From: an uncultured Candidatus Saccharibacteria bacterium
GTDB taxonomy: Bacteria; Patescibacteriota; Minisyncoccia; Phycocordibacterales; UBA5272
Direction of reading: 5' to 3'
NCBI GenBank assembly: GCA_964544935.1
Contig: CAZJDZ010000001.1
Location: 27,018-91,017 of the forward strand
DNA length: 64,000 nt
Shown here: piece after piece, positions 1 to 8,736 of the stretch
How positions within the stretch are numbered: position 1 is the first letter of the stretch
Layout of the letters: each line of letters starts with the position of its first letter
The notes under the pieces: model-generated
The model's input: the letters and a program-made list of their open reading frames with translations, nothing else
Told to the model about the DNA's origin: nothing
Databases searched by the model: none
Translations under genes and position numbers: made by a program

Positions 1-408
1 CTTCCAGATAGGTTTAAGACTAGACATTGATGTCGACCCAGGACCAACATAGAAAGTCTCTTTAGAGTTTTTGTTTGATACAGCGAATTCAAAAGCTTTG
101 ATTTTATCCTTTATGTGCTCATTCTCAAGAATATTATTTTTTAAATATTGAAAACCTAATTTATCCGGCTCAAAGCAGTAACACATCTTAGCAATATTTG
201 CACCATATAAAACAGTTGCTCCTACCCATGCACCAATATCCATGAACCCATGATCTTTATCTAAAAACGTATCAAAAATAGTAAACGTATAATCTTCAAA
301 GTTATTTTGGTATTCATTCCAAAAACTCATCACTCTTGCATCAGTTACTTGGTCAACAGGTTTCTCTGATATACAAATATCAAATGTATTTTTCTTAATT
401 TTTATCAT
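1..408 (-). CDS. FkbM-family SAM methyltransferase, N-terminal part (runs off window start)
   Basis: Own translation of the reverse strand: MIKIKKNTFDI...MDIGAWVGATVLYGANIAKMCYCFEPD...ETFYVGPGSTSMSSLKPIWK. The DIGA-x-GxxxxY glycine-rich SAM motif and the TFYV..S..SSL block are typical of FkbM methyltransferases. Open to position 1. Confidence 0.55.
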   Translation of the reverse strand, partial: MIKIKKNTFDICISEKPVDQVTDARVMSFWNEYQNNFEDYTFTIFDTFLDKDHGFMDIGAWVGATVLYGANIAKMCYCFEPDKLGFQYLKNNILENEHIKDKIKAFEFAVSNKNSKETFYVGPGSTSMSSLKPIWK

Positions 409-660
409 TAATTTTTATTTGAGTGTAGCAAAATTTATATAAATAAACAATTTTAAACAATATAACTTACATTAAATATGCTCCTCTAAAAGAGCTTTTG
501 CTTTTTCAATATACCCAGCAGAAACTAGATGGGCTATCTTAGCAGATTTTTTTAGATTTTCATTATTTGTGTGATTATAACTACCAGCAAACGTCCCTAA
601 ATCATCTATAGCAGAAGTGTACGCAGGCTCCAACTCAACTGGAATAGTTGGTCCCCTCCC

Positions 661-936
661 TTACATTCGAGCTATTTCAATAAATGCAGGCAAAAAGAAA
701 AAATTCATACCCACTGTTTCAGTTTTACTTTCGAGTGCAATCTTTACAATATGTGGGAGGGCTGCATAAGAAGCAGTGTATACATTACCCTGATGACAAA
801 GACTCGACCATACTGTAAACCATGCTACTTCGTTTTGAGGATCTTTATATAATAATCTCAATGCTTCTGGCACACCCTCAGATGAACCATAAGCATTTTG
901 AAGTTCTGACCATTTTAGACTATCAAGTTCAAGCAT
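661..936 (-). CDS. hypothetical protein; reading frame continues in-frame past its TAA stop for 63 further codons (472..660)
   Basis: ORF track 661..1056; the likely start is the internal Met (MLELDSLKWSELQNAYG...). There is no recognisable SD. The frame is open again immediately after the stop. Confidence 0.35.
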   Translation of the reverse strand: MLELDSLKWSELQNAYGSSEGVPEALRLLYKDPQNEVAWFTVWSSLCHQGNVYTASYAALPHIVKIALESKTETVGMNFFFLPAFIEIARM

Positions 937-1054
937 ACTAGAAGTATAGCAACAAAAAAGAAGTCTACATGTACAAACAGATATCATAATTAATTTGAGG
1001 GTATTACTTACTAAGCAAATAAATCCATAAAAATGGTACACTCCTAAAAAGACC

Positions 1055-1453
1055 ATGACTAAAGATATAACTATTCACGCATATAACGCTTTGCAAACAG
1101 CACCTACAAAAGAAATTTGTGATTTTTTAGAGTTAACTATTAATAAACATTTAGTCGGCAGTACTTCAAAAATTTGGCATCGTGGTCCAGTGTGGTTTGT
1201 GGATGAAAATCCAGTTGTTGGATACTGGGTAAGAAAAAATAACGAGGTTCAACTTTTGTTTTGGAGTGGTCAATCATTTGATGAAGAAGATCTACTCCCA
1301 GAAGGCACATTTAAGGCTGCCGAAATTAGATACACAGCTGTACAACAAATAAAAATTAGCAACCTAAAAAGGTGGCTCAAGAAAGCAAAAGATATACAAT
1401 GGGATTATAAAAATATAGTAAAAAGAAAAGGAAAACTAGAAAGACTAGTGTAA
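1055..1453 (+). CDS. small conserved protein, DUF1801/YdhG-like fold suspected
   Basis: 132 aa. The pattern WHRGPVWFVDENPVVGYW..QLLFWSGQSFDEEDL resembles DUF1801 family proteins; this assignment is weak. Confidence 0.4.
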   Translation: MTKDITIHAYNALQTAPTKEICDFLELTINKHLVGSTSKIWHRGPVWFVDENPVVGYWVRKNNEVQLLFWSGQSFDEEDLLPEGTFKAAEIRYTAVQQIKISNLKRWLKKAKDIQWDYKNIVKRKGKLERLV

Positions 1454-1465
1454 TGTACTTATATT

Positions 1466-1813
1466 TTATAGATTTCTCCCGTCAAATGTAGTTACTTGTA
1501 GTGTGCTTAGATCTACTTCATTGAGCGATCTGACATTTATTGCTACAACAGGATTTCCATCTGGACCAGTGCCAAAAGAAAATGATTGTACCCCACAATC
1601 TTTACAGAAAGTATGGTCAATTACGTGTTTGTTAAATTTGTATGTTGTTAAATTTTCTTCACCAGATACTAATGTAAAATTATCTCGCGGAGCAAAACCT
1701 AACCATAAACCCTTTATGGAACAATATGAGCAATTACAGGAAATAATTCCTTCGAGACTCATCTTTACTTCAAACGTTACTTTTTTACAATGACAATTAC
1801 CTGTGTAGTTCAT
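1466..1813 (-). CDS. GFA family protein (glutathione-dependent formaldehyde-activating enzyme/CENP-V-like zinc domain)
   Basis: 115 aa with GNCHCKKVTFEV...CNCSYC...C.DCG cysteine motifs typical of Pfam GFA. Confidence 0.7.
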   Translation of the reverse strand: MNYTGNCHCKKVTFEVKMSLEGIISCNCSYCSIKGLWLGFAPRDNFTLVSGEENLTTYKFNKHVIDHTFCKDCGVQSFSFGTGPDGNPVVAINVRSLNEVDLSTLQVTTFDGRNL

Positions 1814-1934
1814 ATTTTTATATAGTGTATTCGCAAATTATAGCACGCCAGTAGTGATACATGCTTCAAAATAAATAGAATGTATATCTTGCTCAGAAAA
1901 TGAAGCTATAAAACTCTACCTAAAAATAACACAC

Positions 1935-2456
1935 TTAAAACCCGCGAATTGGTTTTGTTTGAAGAATGGTCTCAACTTCTTCGTATCCTACAGGGTAGGC
2001 GAAGTTATACCGCGCAGGAAGTGCAAAAACATACTTTGTGTTGCGGGCAAGCTCGCTTGGATTAATAGGTGCTGCACCTACATGAATCTTGTCTTGTGTA
2101 ATCAAATTCCACTGCAGAAGTGTAAACACCATGACAGGAATATCTTGTCGTGGGGTTGTCTCCGACCAGAGTGGGTGTCGTACAGAGAGAAGTGGGCCTG
2201 TCTCATCAGGAATACTCCCTTGTGGTTTATTTGGAGAATATGCTTTCCATGTATTACTTATACTTGAGTACCCTTTCCATGAAGAAGGGAGTGTGATCAC
2301 AAAGCCGTACTCAGTATTTTTATACTCCACCAATGCAACAGGTGTCTGTGTGGGTTCTTGAACTACAGAATTTTTTGTATGAAGAACGAAGTACCCTGCA
2401 ATACATGCAAGTGTGAGAACAAAAAGAATTATTGGGGTTATATTTTTTTGAGACAT
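1935..2456 (-). CDS. hypothetical membrane-anchored protein
   Basis: 173 aa with a hydrophobic N-terminal segment (IILFVLTLACIAGYFVL) and no recognisable catalytic motif. Confidence 0.5.
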   Translation of the reverse strand: MSQKNITPIILFVLTLACIAGYFVLHTKNSVVQEPTQTPVALVEYKNTEYGFVITLPSSWKGYSSISNTWKAYSPNKPQGSIPDETGPLLSVRHPLWSETTPRQDIPVMVFTLLQWNLITQDKIHVGAAPINPSELARNTKYVFALPARYNFAYPVGYEEVETILQTKPIRGF

Positions 2457-2747
2457 ACAGACTAGTTTTATAGTAGCACTACTGAGCTAGGATAGATAGC
2501 AAAGTTTTAATCATATTCACAACTTACCCAACCTATTTGCATTACCATAAAGCACTATAACTCAACAATATATAGACCTCATACGCTCGCGCGTTGTCTT
2601 GAAAGATTATATAGCGAACGAACGTCATCATATATGCATGTGAGCGAATCAAATGTACTCACCACGTGCTCATCATGAGAAAACTCACGTATGTAGTAGC
2701 TTATAACTAGCTTTACCAAGCTTACAGTTGTAGCAAAAGGAAACACA

Positions 2748-2778
2748 GAAAATCCCAAGACTTAGTCTTGGGATTTTC
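2748..2778 (-). terminator. stem-loop downstream of the 2795..3094 gene
   Basis: Perfect inverted repeat aaaatcccaagac-ttag-tcttgggatttt, followed on the minus strand by a U-rich tract (UCUGUGUUUCCUUUUGC). Confidence 0.4.
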
Positions 2779-2794
2779 TATTAAAAAAAACTTA

Positions 2795-3094
2795 TTATGC
2801 TCTTACTTGTTGGAACCATTCGAGAAGAGCCATGTCTTCATCACTTAACTGCAATAATGCAATACTAGTACTTTTACCTAATTCGTGCCCCTGTTTCATC
2901 AAGTTGTCTGCTTCAAAAATTTTTGGATTTTTATGAGCTAGGTAGTCGGATAACTGTCCCGTGAGGTATATTTTTTGAACGGTTTTATGCAACAGAGAAC
3001 TATAGAAGATTTTGATGGGCACACCTGGGAGATTTTCTATATGGACGTGGAGAAGTTCCCGAAGGAGGGATAGATGCGTGCGAGATTCGGTCAA
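2795..3094 (-). CDS. hypothetical 99-aa protein, downstream partner of the OLD-family gene
   Basis: ORF with a TTG start 30 bp after the OLD gene stop, on the same strand, with a terminator just downstream. No SD and no known motif. Confidence 0.4.
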   Translation of the reverse strand: MTESRTHLSLLRELLHVHIENLPGVPIKIFYSSLLHKTVQKIYLTGQLSDYLAHKNPKIFEADNLMKQGHELGKSTSIALLQLSDEDMALLEWFQQVRA

Positions 3095-3124
3095 ATAAAA
3101 ATCAATGTTGATTTTACTATTTAT

Positions 3125-4477
3125 CTATTCTTCCAAAAATTTCTTTACTTTAGCTAAACCTGGAATTTTATTCAAATATTCCAAATCTTCTTCATTAAAA
3201 ATCTTCACAAGTTTTTTAGCAACGTCTTCTTTGTATTTACATAATTCAAGAGAATTCTTACCAGAAATAGCACTAATCACATCACTTTTTGCCATCCCAG
3301 CTCTGACATATTGATTCTCTGAGAAAATATTCAAAATATCTCCTCCAACTAAGGGATCATTACTCACCTCAGACCAATTATTAGGGAAAAATTTATCAAG
3401 CTTTCCCCTCATTATTTTTTGTTCTTTTATATCATTATTTAATGTATCAACAAGCAGAAAAACTTTTCCAGAATATGGGTAAAAATTATCATTCCCGCGT
3501 AAGTGCACAGAAAGAGACTCTGTAATAATTTTCATGCGAGAAACTTCAACTGAACCATCTCCTATACCTTTTAATTTATTAAGAAAAACTTTACCCGTAT
3601 CTACTCCAGATAATTCAAGATACTTAGATACAATCAGTCGATCAGAGCCTCCTTCAACTATTACTATTTTTTCTGGCAAGAATAAGTCTGCCAAAGAAAA
3701 ACCTAACTTGTCTATAATAATTTTTTTATACAAATCTTCACTGTTAGACATTACTTCAAATTCTGGTTTTCCATTTTTAACATCAACAATAAAATTATTT
3801 TCAGGTGTTTGTCTATTTATGAAATGAGGAGAGTGGGTAGCAATAACAATAAATTGATCTTTTGATTTTTCAAGCAAAACTTCATAAAGAAGTTTTTGAA
3901 CTGATGGTTCGAGTGAAATTTCAGGTTCATCTATAAAAATAACAGGGTAACCCGATGTTAGAGCTGCCATAATATGAAAAGCAGCACGAAGACCTGATCC
4001 ATCAAAAGACGAATTTAAATTTAATTCAGAATTTTTCCATTGTGACTCCTTACTAATATAATTTATTCCAAAAAATCTTTGTATAAGTTCTTTAAATTCT
4101 GGCTTTTGTGCAGTTTCGTTTTCAGTTAATAAAGTTGAAAAAAGATTTCTTGAGTATGCATACCAAACGGATGGTCTGTTGTCATTATTTTGTATATTAG
4201 CTATAGCTGCTGCCGTTGTTTGTAAAAGTGTTTGACCTCCTGTATTTTGACTACTTAAAATATCATCAACCCCTGTTCTTTCGGCGGGGATGTATATTAT
4301 CTTTCTATTTTTATGTGCCGTATGATTCATTTGACCGATCAAACTCTTAAGTACTGATGTTTTTCCTGAACTATTTTTGCCAGTCAAGACAAACAGACCA
4401 TTTTCAGGATATACACCATTAGCAAAAGGGAAATCGTAGCTTGTTAAAACTTTTCCACAAATTTGATTTATTAACAT
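3125..4477 (-). CDS. OLD-family ATP-dependent endonuclease (ABC-type ATPase fused to a TOPRIM domain)
   Basis: Walker A LTGKNSSGKTS; signature-like GSGLRAAFHIMAALT; Walker B VIFIDEPEISL; H-loop VIATHSP; then KIVIVEGGSDRLIV and VFLLVDTLNND, which are TOPRIM-like acidic motifs. Confidence 0.65.
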   Translation of the reverse strand: MLINQICGKVLTSYDFPFANGVYPENGLFVLTGKNSSGKTSVLKSLIGQMNHTAHKNRKIIYIPAERTGVDDILSSQNTGGQTLLQTTAAAIANIQNNDNRPSVWYAYSRNLFSTLLTENETAQKPEFKELIQRFFGINYISKESQWKNSELNLNSSFDGSGLRAAFHIMAALTSGYPVIFIDEPEISLEPSVQKLLYEVLLEKSKDQFIVIATHSPHFINRQTPENNFIVDVKNGKPEFEVMSNSEDLYKKIIIDKLGFSLADLFLPEKIVIVEGGSDRLIVSKYLELSGVDTGKVFLNKLKGIGDGSVEVSRMKIITESLSVHLRGNDNFYPYSGKVFLLVDTLNNDIKEQKIMRGKLDKFFPNNWSEVSNDPLVGGDILNIFSENQYVRAGMAKSDVISAISGKNSLELCKYKEDVAKKLVKIFNEEDLEYLNKIPGLAKVKKFLEE

Positions 4478-4574
4478 ATTTATAATTTAATTTTGCGGAG
4501 GCATATTCATAGTTGCGATTACGCTCCTTGAAATGCACTGCGCAAAATCTGGTCGCGAGTACGCTCGCGATTTT

Positions 4575-4667
4575 GCGGTGATTATGGGTTAAGTACCCAC
4601 AGGTCTTGACCCCATAAGGGTATTTTAGCATCTTTTTCGAGCTCTAAAATATGTATGTGGGTCGCTA
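4575..4667. repeat. copy A of a ~90-bp intergenic repeat family (GGTTAAGTACCCAC ... CCATAAGGGTATTT ... AAAATATGTATGTGGGTCGCTA)
   Basis: Near-identical blocks at 24222..24311 and 24828..24920. Contains a GTGGGT/ACCCAC hairpin. Confidence 0.7.
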
Positions 4668-4845
4668 TCCAAATGCCAATAAATGCCAAAATTCTGAACT
4701 TTTGAAAATATAAGGAATTCAGAGAAAAAGCTTTATTAATAAGGATATTGTGAAGATTTTTAGTAAAAATATGAATTTCATATTTGGCATTTTAACTTTT
4801 TGCCTGAAATTTCTTAACAACACCATAAAATGGTAAAATTTAGAA

Positions 4846-6009
4846 ATGATTAAGGATCTTAATAGTTACCTGACCGACCAAGAGTTCTTCACTTACGTGA
4901 AGTTCTTGGACTTGATCGTTGATAAGAACTATAAAGATCTTGATGATCATGAATTTGGAATACGAGATCTCAGCATTGGAAGTGAAAGCGTCTACCAAAC
5001 TTTTAAAAGAGCATTTGAATTTTTGGATCTCGTTGATCCATCAATAAAAATAGAGAGCTATAATTTGAAGGAAACAGAAGTTCGGTTTGAAATATCAAAT
5101 AGACCAAAAAATGAGCAAATCAATCTCAACAAAATAATAGATAAAATTCTTAAGGATAAATCGATCAAGTTTAGTGATGTTGGTGCCCTCTCTTGGGTAT
5201 GGTACGAAGTCTACAGTGCCGCACGATTTACTCCCGACACTTACACAATACCTCATACTGTTCGTGAAAAAATAGCTGATAACATTAACCAATACTTGGA
5301 TAACCTGATTAACAACAAGCTCGCTATTGTAAAAAAGAACTACTATAAGTTTGAGATTTTAAAACAGACCCTTATTCAAATTATTGAAGAAGACAAAATG
5401 ATTCCGCTTTACGGGACTAATTTCATTATCAAAAAAGGAATCGATGAAAACGGTAACGTAAAAGGCTTACCTGATTTTTGCATCCTTCAAACCGTCTATG
5501 CGCTAGAGAGACTTGGATACTTAAAGGTTGTAAAAGTGTGGGAAGATATTAAATATAAGTCTGAATACATCACATCCGATGAAAAAGATAAGACGCGATT
5601 TATCTGTGTAAATATCATTCTTGAAGACATATTCATTAAAGAGATTTACAATAAGTATAAGAAGGAGAATCCTAAAAATATCATCGAAAGTTTTGATGAG
5701 GCAAAAGGCATTCTTAAATTTGCAGGAGAAACCATAGAATTATCATCTAAAGGAAAAGAGACAGATGCTTCTCTCTTAATGAAAGCGTTGCTTAAAAATG
5801 ACGATGACGAATGGATGCACAACGATGAGATATTCCAAGTCTGGGGTTTCAATGAAAAAGACATCAAGAACGCAGCCAAAAACAAGATCTATTTTGCTGC
5901 ACAGAAAGTAAATAACAATGTTGCGATAAAAACAGGAATCGAAGATTTCCTTGATTTTACAACCACAAAAGCGCGTATCAATCCTCGTTACAAAAAAGTT
6001 GATGAATAA
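4846..6009 (+). CDS. hypothetical protein (387 aa), divergent from the OLD gene
   Basis: Long clean ORF, lysine-rich, with no recognisable motif. Confidence 0.55.
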   Translation: MIKDLNSYLTDQEFFTYVKFLDLIVDKNYKDLDDHEFGIRDLSIGSESVYQTFKRAFEFLDLVDPSIKIESYNLKETEVRFEISNRPKNEQINLNKIIDKILKDKSIKFSDVGALSWVWYEVYSAARFTPDTYTIPHTVREKIADNINQYLDNLINNKLAIVKKNYYKFEILKQTLIQIIEEDKMIPLYGTNFIIKKGIDENGNVKGLPDFCILQTVYALERLGYLKVVKVWEDIKYKSEYITSDEKDKTRFICVNIILEDIFIKEIYNKYKKENPKNIIESFDEAKGILKFAGETIELSSKGKETDASLLMKALLKNDDDEWMHNDEIFQVWGFNEKDIKNAAKNKIYFAAQKVNNNVAIKTGIEDFLDFTTTKARINPRYKKVDE

Positions 6010-6104
6010 TTGATAAACGTTCCGCCAATATTTATCAACACCTCCACCGTATCCTGAAGTCACACCCTTCGGGATGTTTTAATTGTAATAACAAAATAAC
6101 GTAT

Positions 6105-7397
6105 ATGGCTCAAACCATCGTGTGGAAGGAAGTGAAGGTAAAGGTAGCGGATCTCATCCCTGCCGATTACAACCCTAGAAAAATAAGTGCGAAGGAACGT
6201 GCAGAATTAACAACATCCGTAGAACAGTTCGGTCGTGTAGAGCCAGTTATCGTCAACACTGGCAAGCGTAAGAACTGTGTCATTGGTGGACATCAACGGC
6301 TTAAGATCTATGCCGATCTTGGTGTTACAGAAATAGAAGCAAAGGTACCAAGTCGTGAACTCACCGAAGATGAAGAAAAAGAACTCAATTTAAGACTCAA
6401 CAAAAATACTGGTTCATGGGACTTCGATAAGTTAGGAGAGTTTGATATGGATATGCTTCTTAATGTCGGTTTCGATGACGATGAATTGCAAGGCATGTTT
6501 GATGACGTTGATGTATCAGATGATGATTTTGACGTAGAGAAGGCTATTAAGGAAACCACGATGCCGAAAGTGAAGCTCGGCGAGATATGGGAACTTGGCG
6601 AACACAGATTGCTTGTTGGAAGTTCAACAGATGAGACTGCTGTCAGATTATTGATGGATAAGGATATGGCAGACATTGTGTATTGTGACCCACCATATAA
6701 CATCGGCTTGGACTATTCTAAAGGTCTTGGTAAGAATGAGAAGTACGGTGGGAGTTACTCAGGTAAGGATGATTCCAAAAAAGCGAAAGACTATGCGAAA
6801 TTCATGAATGACAGTATCTCTGTTGCTCTACAATTTGCAAAGCAAAGTGCTCACTTTTTCTACTGGTGTGATTCTACGAATATCGGACTCATTCAAGGAT
6901 TCTATGCGGACAACAAGATCATAAGTAGACGAGTGTGTATGTGGATCAAGAATAACCAGAACCCTACACCGAAAATTGCCTTCAACAAGGTGTATGAACC
7001 GTGTGTGTATGGCACGATTGGTACTCCACATCTCAACAAAGGGTTCCAAAATGCTAACGAAGTTCTAAACCAAGAAGTCGGTAGTGGTAACCAACTTCAC
7101 GACGAGATACTTGAAATGATAGACCTATGGATTGTGAAGCGTGATAGCACGAAAGAGTACATGCATCCGACACAGAAGCCTGTGAGCTTAAACGAGAAGC
7201 CATTTAAGCGTTGCTCTGCCCCTGGACAGATAATATTCTCAGGATTCGGTGGTAGTGGCAGTGATTTAATTGCGTGTGAACAACTGCATCGTAAGTGGCG
7301 TGGTGTAGAGCAAGACTTAATCTTCGCAACCATCATTATCGACAGATGGGAGAAATTTACTGGTAAGAAAGCAAAACTCATCTATGGTAGTAAATAA
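6105..7397 (+). CDS. ParB-like nuclease domain fused to an N4/N6 DNA methyltransferase
   Basis: N-terminal ParB/Srx motif (IGGHQRLKIY); methyltransferase motif IV VYCDPPYNIG; C-terminal motif I FSGFGGSGSDLIACEQLHRK (beta-class order). Confidence 0.8.
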   Translation: MAQTIVWKEVKVKVADLIPADYNPRKISAKERAELTTSVEQFGRVEPVIVNTGKRKNCVIGGHQRLKIYADLGVTEIEAKVPSRELTEDEEKELNLRLNKNTGSWDFDKLGEFDMDMLLNVGFDDDELQGMFDDVDVSDDDFDVEKAIKETTMPKVKLGEIWELGEHRLLVGSSTDETAVRLLMDKDMADIVYCDPPYNIGLDYSKGLGKNEKYGGSYSGKDDSKKAKDYAKFMNDSISVALQFAKQSAHFFYWCDSTNIGLIQGFYADNKIISRRVCMWIKNNQNPTPKIAFNKVYEPCVYGTIGTPHLNKGFQNANEVLNQEVGSGNQLHDEILEMIDLWIVKRDSTKEYMHPTQKPVSLNEKPFKRCSAPGQIIFSGFGGSGSDLIACEQLHRKWRGVEQDLIFATIIIDRWEKFTGKKAKLIYGSK

Positions 7398-8139
7398 CGG
7401 AGACATATTTGAGATTGCAGGACATACCATTGCTTGTGGTGACTCGCTTGATAGATTCTTTGTGAGTAAAGTAATAAATGGCAGAAAGATACGAGCAGTG
7501 ATAAGTGATCCACCGTACGGTGTAGCGTACGTAGAGAACAAGAAGGACATTGTAAGTCTTGGTGTCAAAGATGCTAAGGTAATTGTTGGCGACCAGATAC
7601 AGAGTGAATACGAATACGTACAGTTCACCAAGAAGTGGACTGAATGTGTCATTCCTCATTTGGACAAATACAACACCTTCCATATCTTTAACTCAGATAC
7701 GATGTTTCTAGGATTACGTACTGGGATGCAGATGGCTAATATTCATTTCAGTCAGATGCTCATCTGGCTTAAGAATCAACCGGTGATGGGTATGAAGGAT
7801 TACTTGTCTCAGTTTGAAGTCATTGCTTACGGTTGGTATGGGAAGCATAAGATGGAACGATCAAAAGCAAAGAGTGTTATCTATCATCCAAAGCCACGAT
7901 CTTCCAAGCTTCACCCTACACAAAAGCCAGTTGGATTACTGAGGAAAATAATCCCGAACGTTACGGTCATTGGTGATTACGTTTACGACGCCTTCTCAGG
8001 AAGTGGAACGACTGCTATTGCTTGTGAACACTTAGGTCGAAAGTGTATTGGTATAGAGCTTGATCCAGAGTATGTAAAAGTCATACTTTCACGTCTTGAG
8101 AAGCTAACCAAACAAAAAGCAGTCAAACGAATAGACTGA
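7384..8139 (+). CDS. N4/N6 DNA methyltransferase (orphan-type)
   Basis: ISDPPYGVAYV (motif IV) and FSGSGTTAIACEHLGRKCIGIELD (motif I). It overlaps the upstream gene by 14 nt. Confidence 0.8.
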   Translation: MVVNNGDIFEIAGHTIACGDSLDRFFVSKVINGRKIRAVISDPPYGVAYVENKKDIVSLGVKDAKVIVGDQIQSEYEYVQFTKKWTECVIPHLDKYNTFHIFNSDTMFLGLRTGMQMANIHFSQMLIWLKNQPVMGMKDYLSQFEVIAYGWYGKHKMERSKAKSVIYHPKPRSSKLHPTQKPVGLLRKIIPNVTVIGDYVYDAFSGSGTTAIACEHLGRKCIGIELDPEYVKVILSRLEKLTKQKAVKRID

Positions 8140-8519
8140 TGGACGAGCTAACACAAAGAAAAGGTGGAGTATACCGTAAGCAAGATTTTAACTCTTACGT
8201 TCTTTGGAAGTCCCTGCCTTCATTTCTCAAAGGTCAGCCAAAAATCATGCTTGAGAAGTTTGGCATCACTGATGGGCTTGCAGTTGAGCTACTCCAAATC
8301 AAAACACAAGGAGAGTTTGCGACGAAGTTTGGCATCAAAGACCCAGGCACACTCACCGACTGGAACAAACGAATTGAGAAAGAAGGACTACTCACATCCA
8401 TTAACTCATGGGCAAGAAGTCTTACGCCAAACGTGGTGCTTGCTCTCTACAAGAATGCAAGTAAGCATGGTAAAGCCCAAGAAGTGCGTGCATGGTTTGA
8501 AATTATAGAAAACAATTAA
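8139..8519 (+). CDS. hypothetical protein, possible HTH/DNA-binding (terminase-small-subunit-like guess is weak)
   Basis: 126 aa; start overlaps the upstream stop (TGATGG). No firm motif. Confidence 0.45.
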   Translation: MDELTQRKGGVYRKQDFNSYVLWKSLPSFLKGQPKIMLEKFGITDGLAVELLQIKTQGEFATKFGIKDPGTLTDWNKRIEKEGLLTSINSWARSLTPNVVLALYKNASKHGKAQEVRAWFEIIENN

Positions 8520-8524
8520 ACACT

Positions 8525-8734
8525 ATGGAACCCAAGATCAAAAAAGTCCTCACCCTAGAGGAAATCAATGAAATCCTCTCAGACGCACTCATGCGTGTAT
8601 CTGAGAGAAAATTACCCCTTAGACAAGCAACACTTATCTCAAAGCTTGCCCTATCACTCTCTAAGAACATCGTGAACACCGAGCTTAAGAACAGAGTCGA
8701 GTTCTTAGAGCAACAACTTAAACAAAGAAAATAG
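8525..8734 (+). CDS. hypothetical small protein (69 aa)
   Basis: Tightly packed in the same operon, with 6-nt and 3-nt gaps to its neighbours. Confidence 0.4.
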   Translation: MEPKIKKVLTLEEINEILSDALMRVSERKLPLRQATLISKLALSLSKNIVNTELKNRVEFLEQQLKQRK

Positions 8735-8736
8735 CT

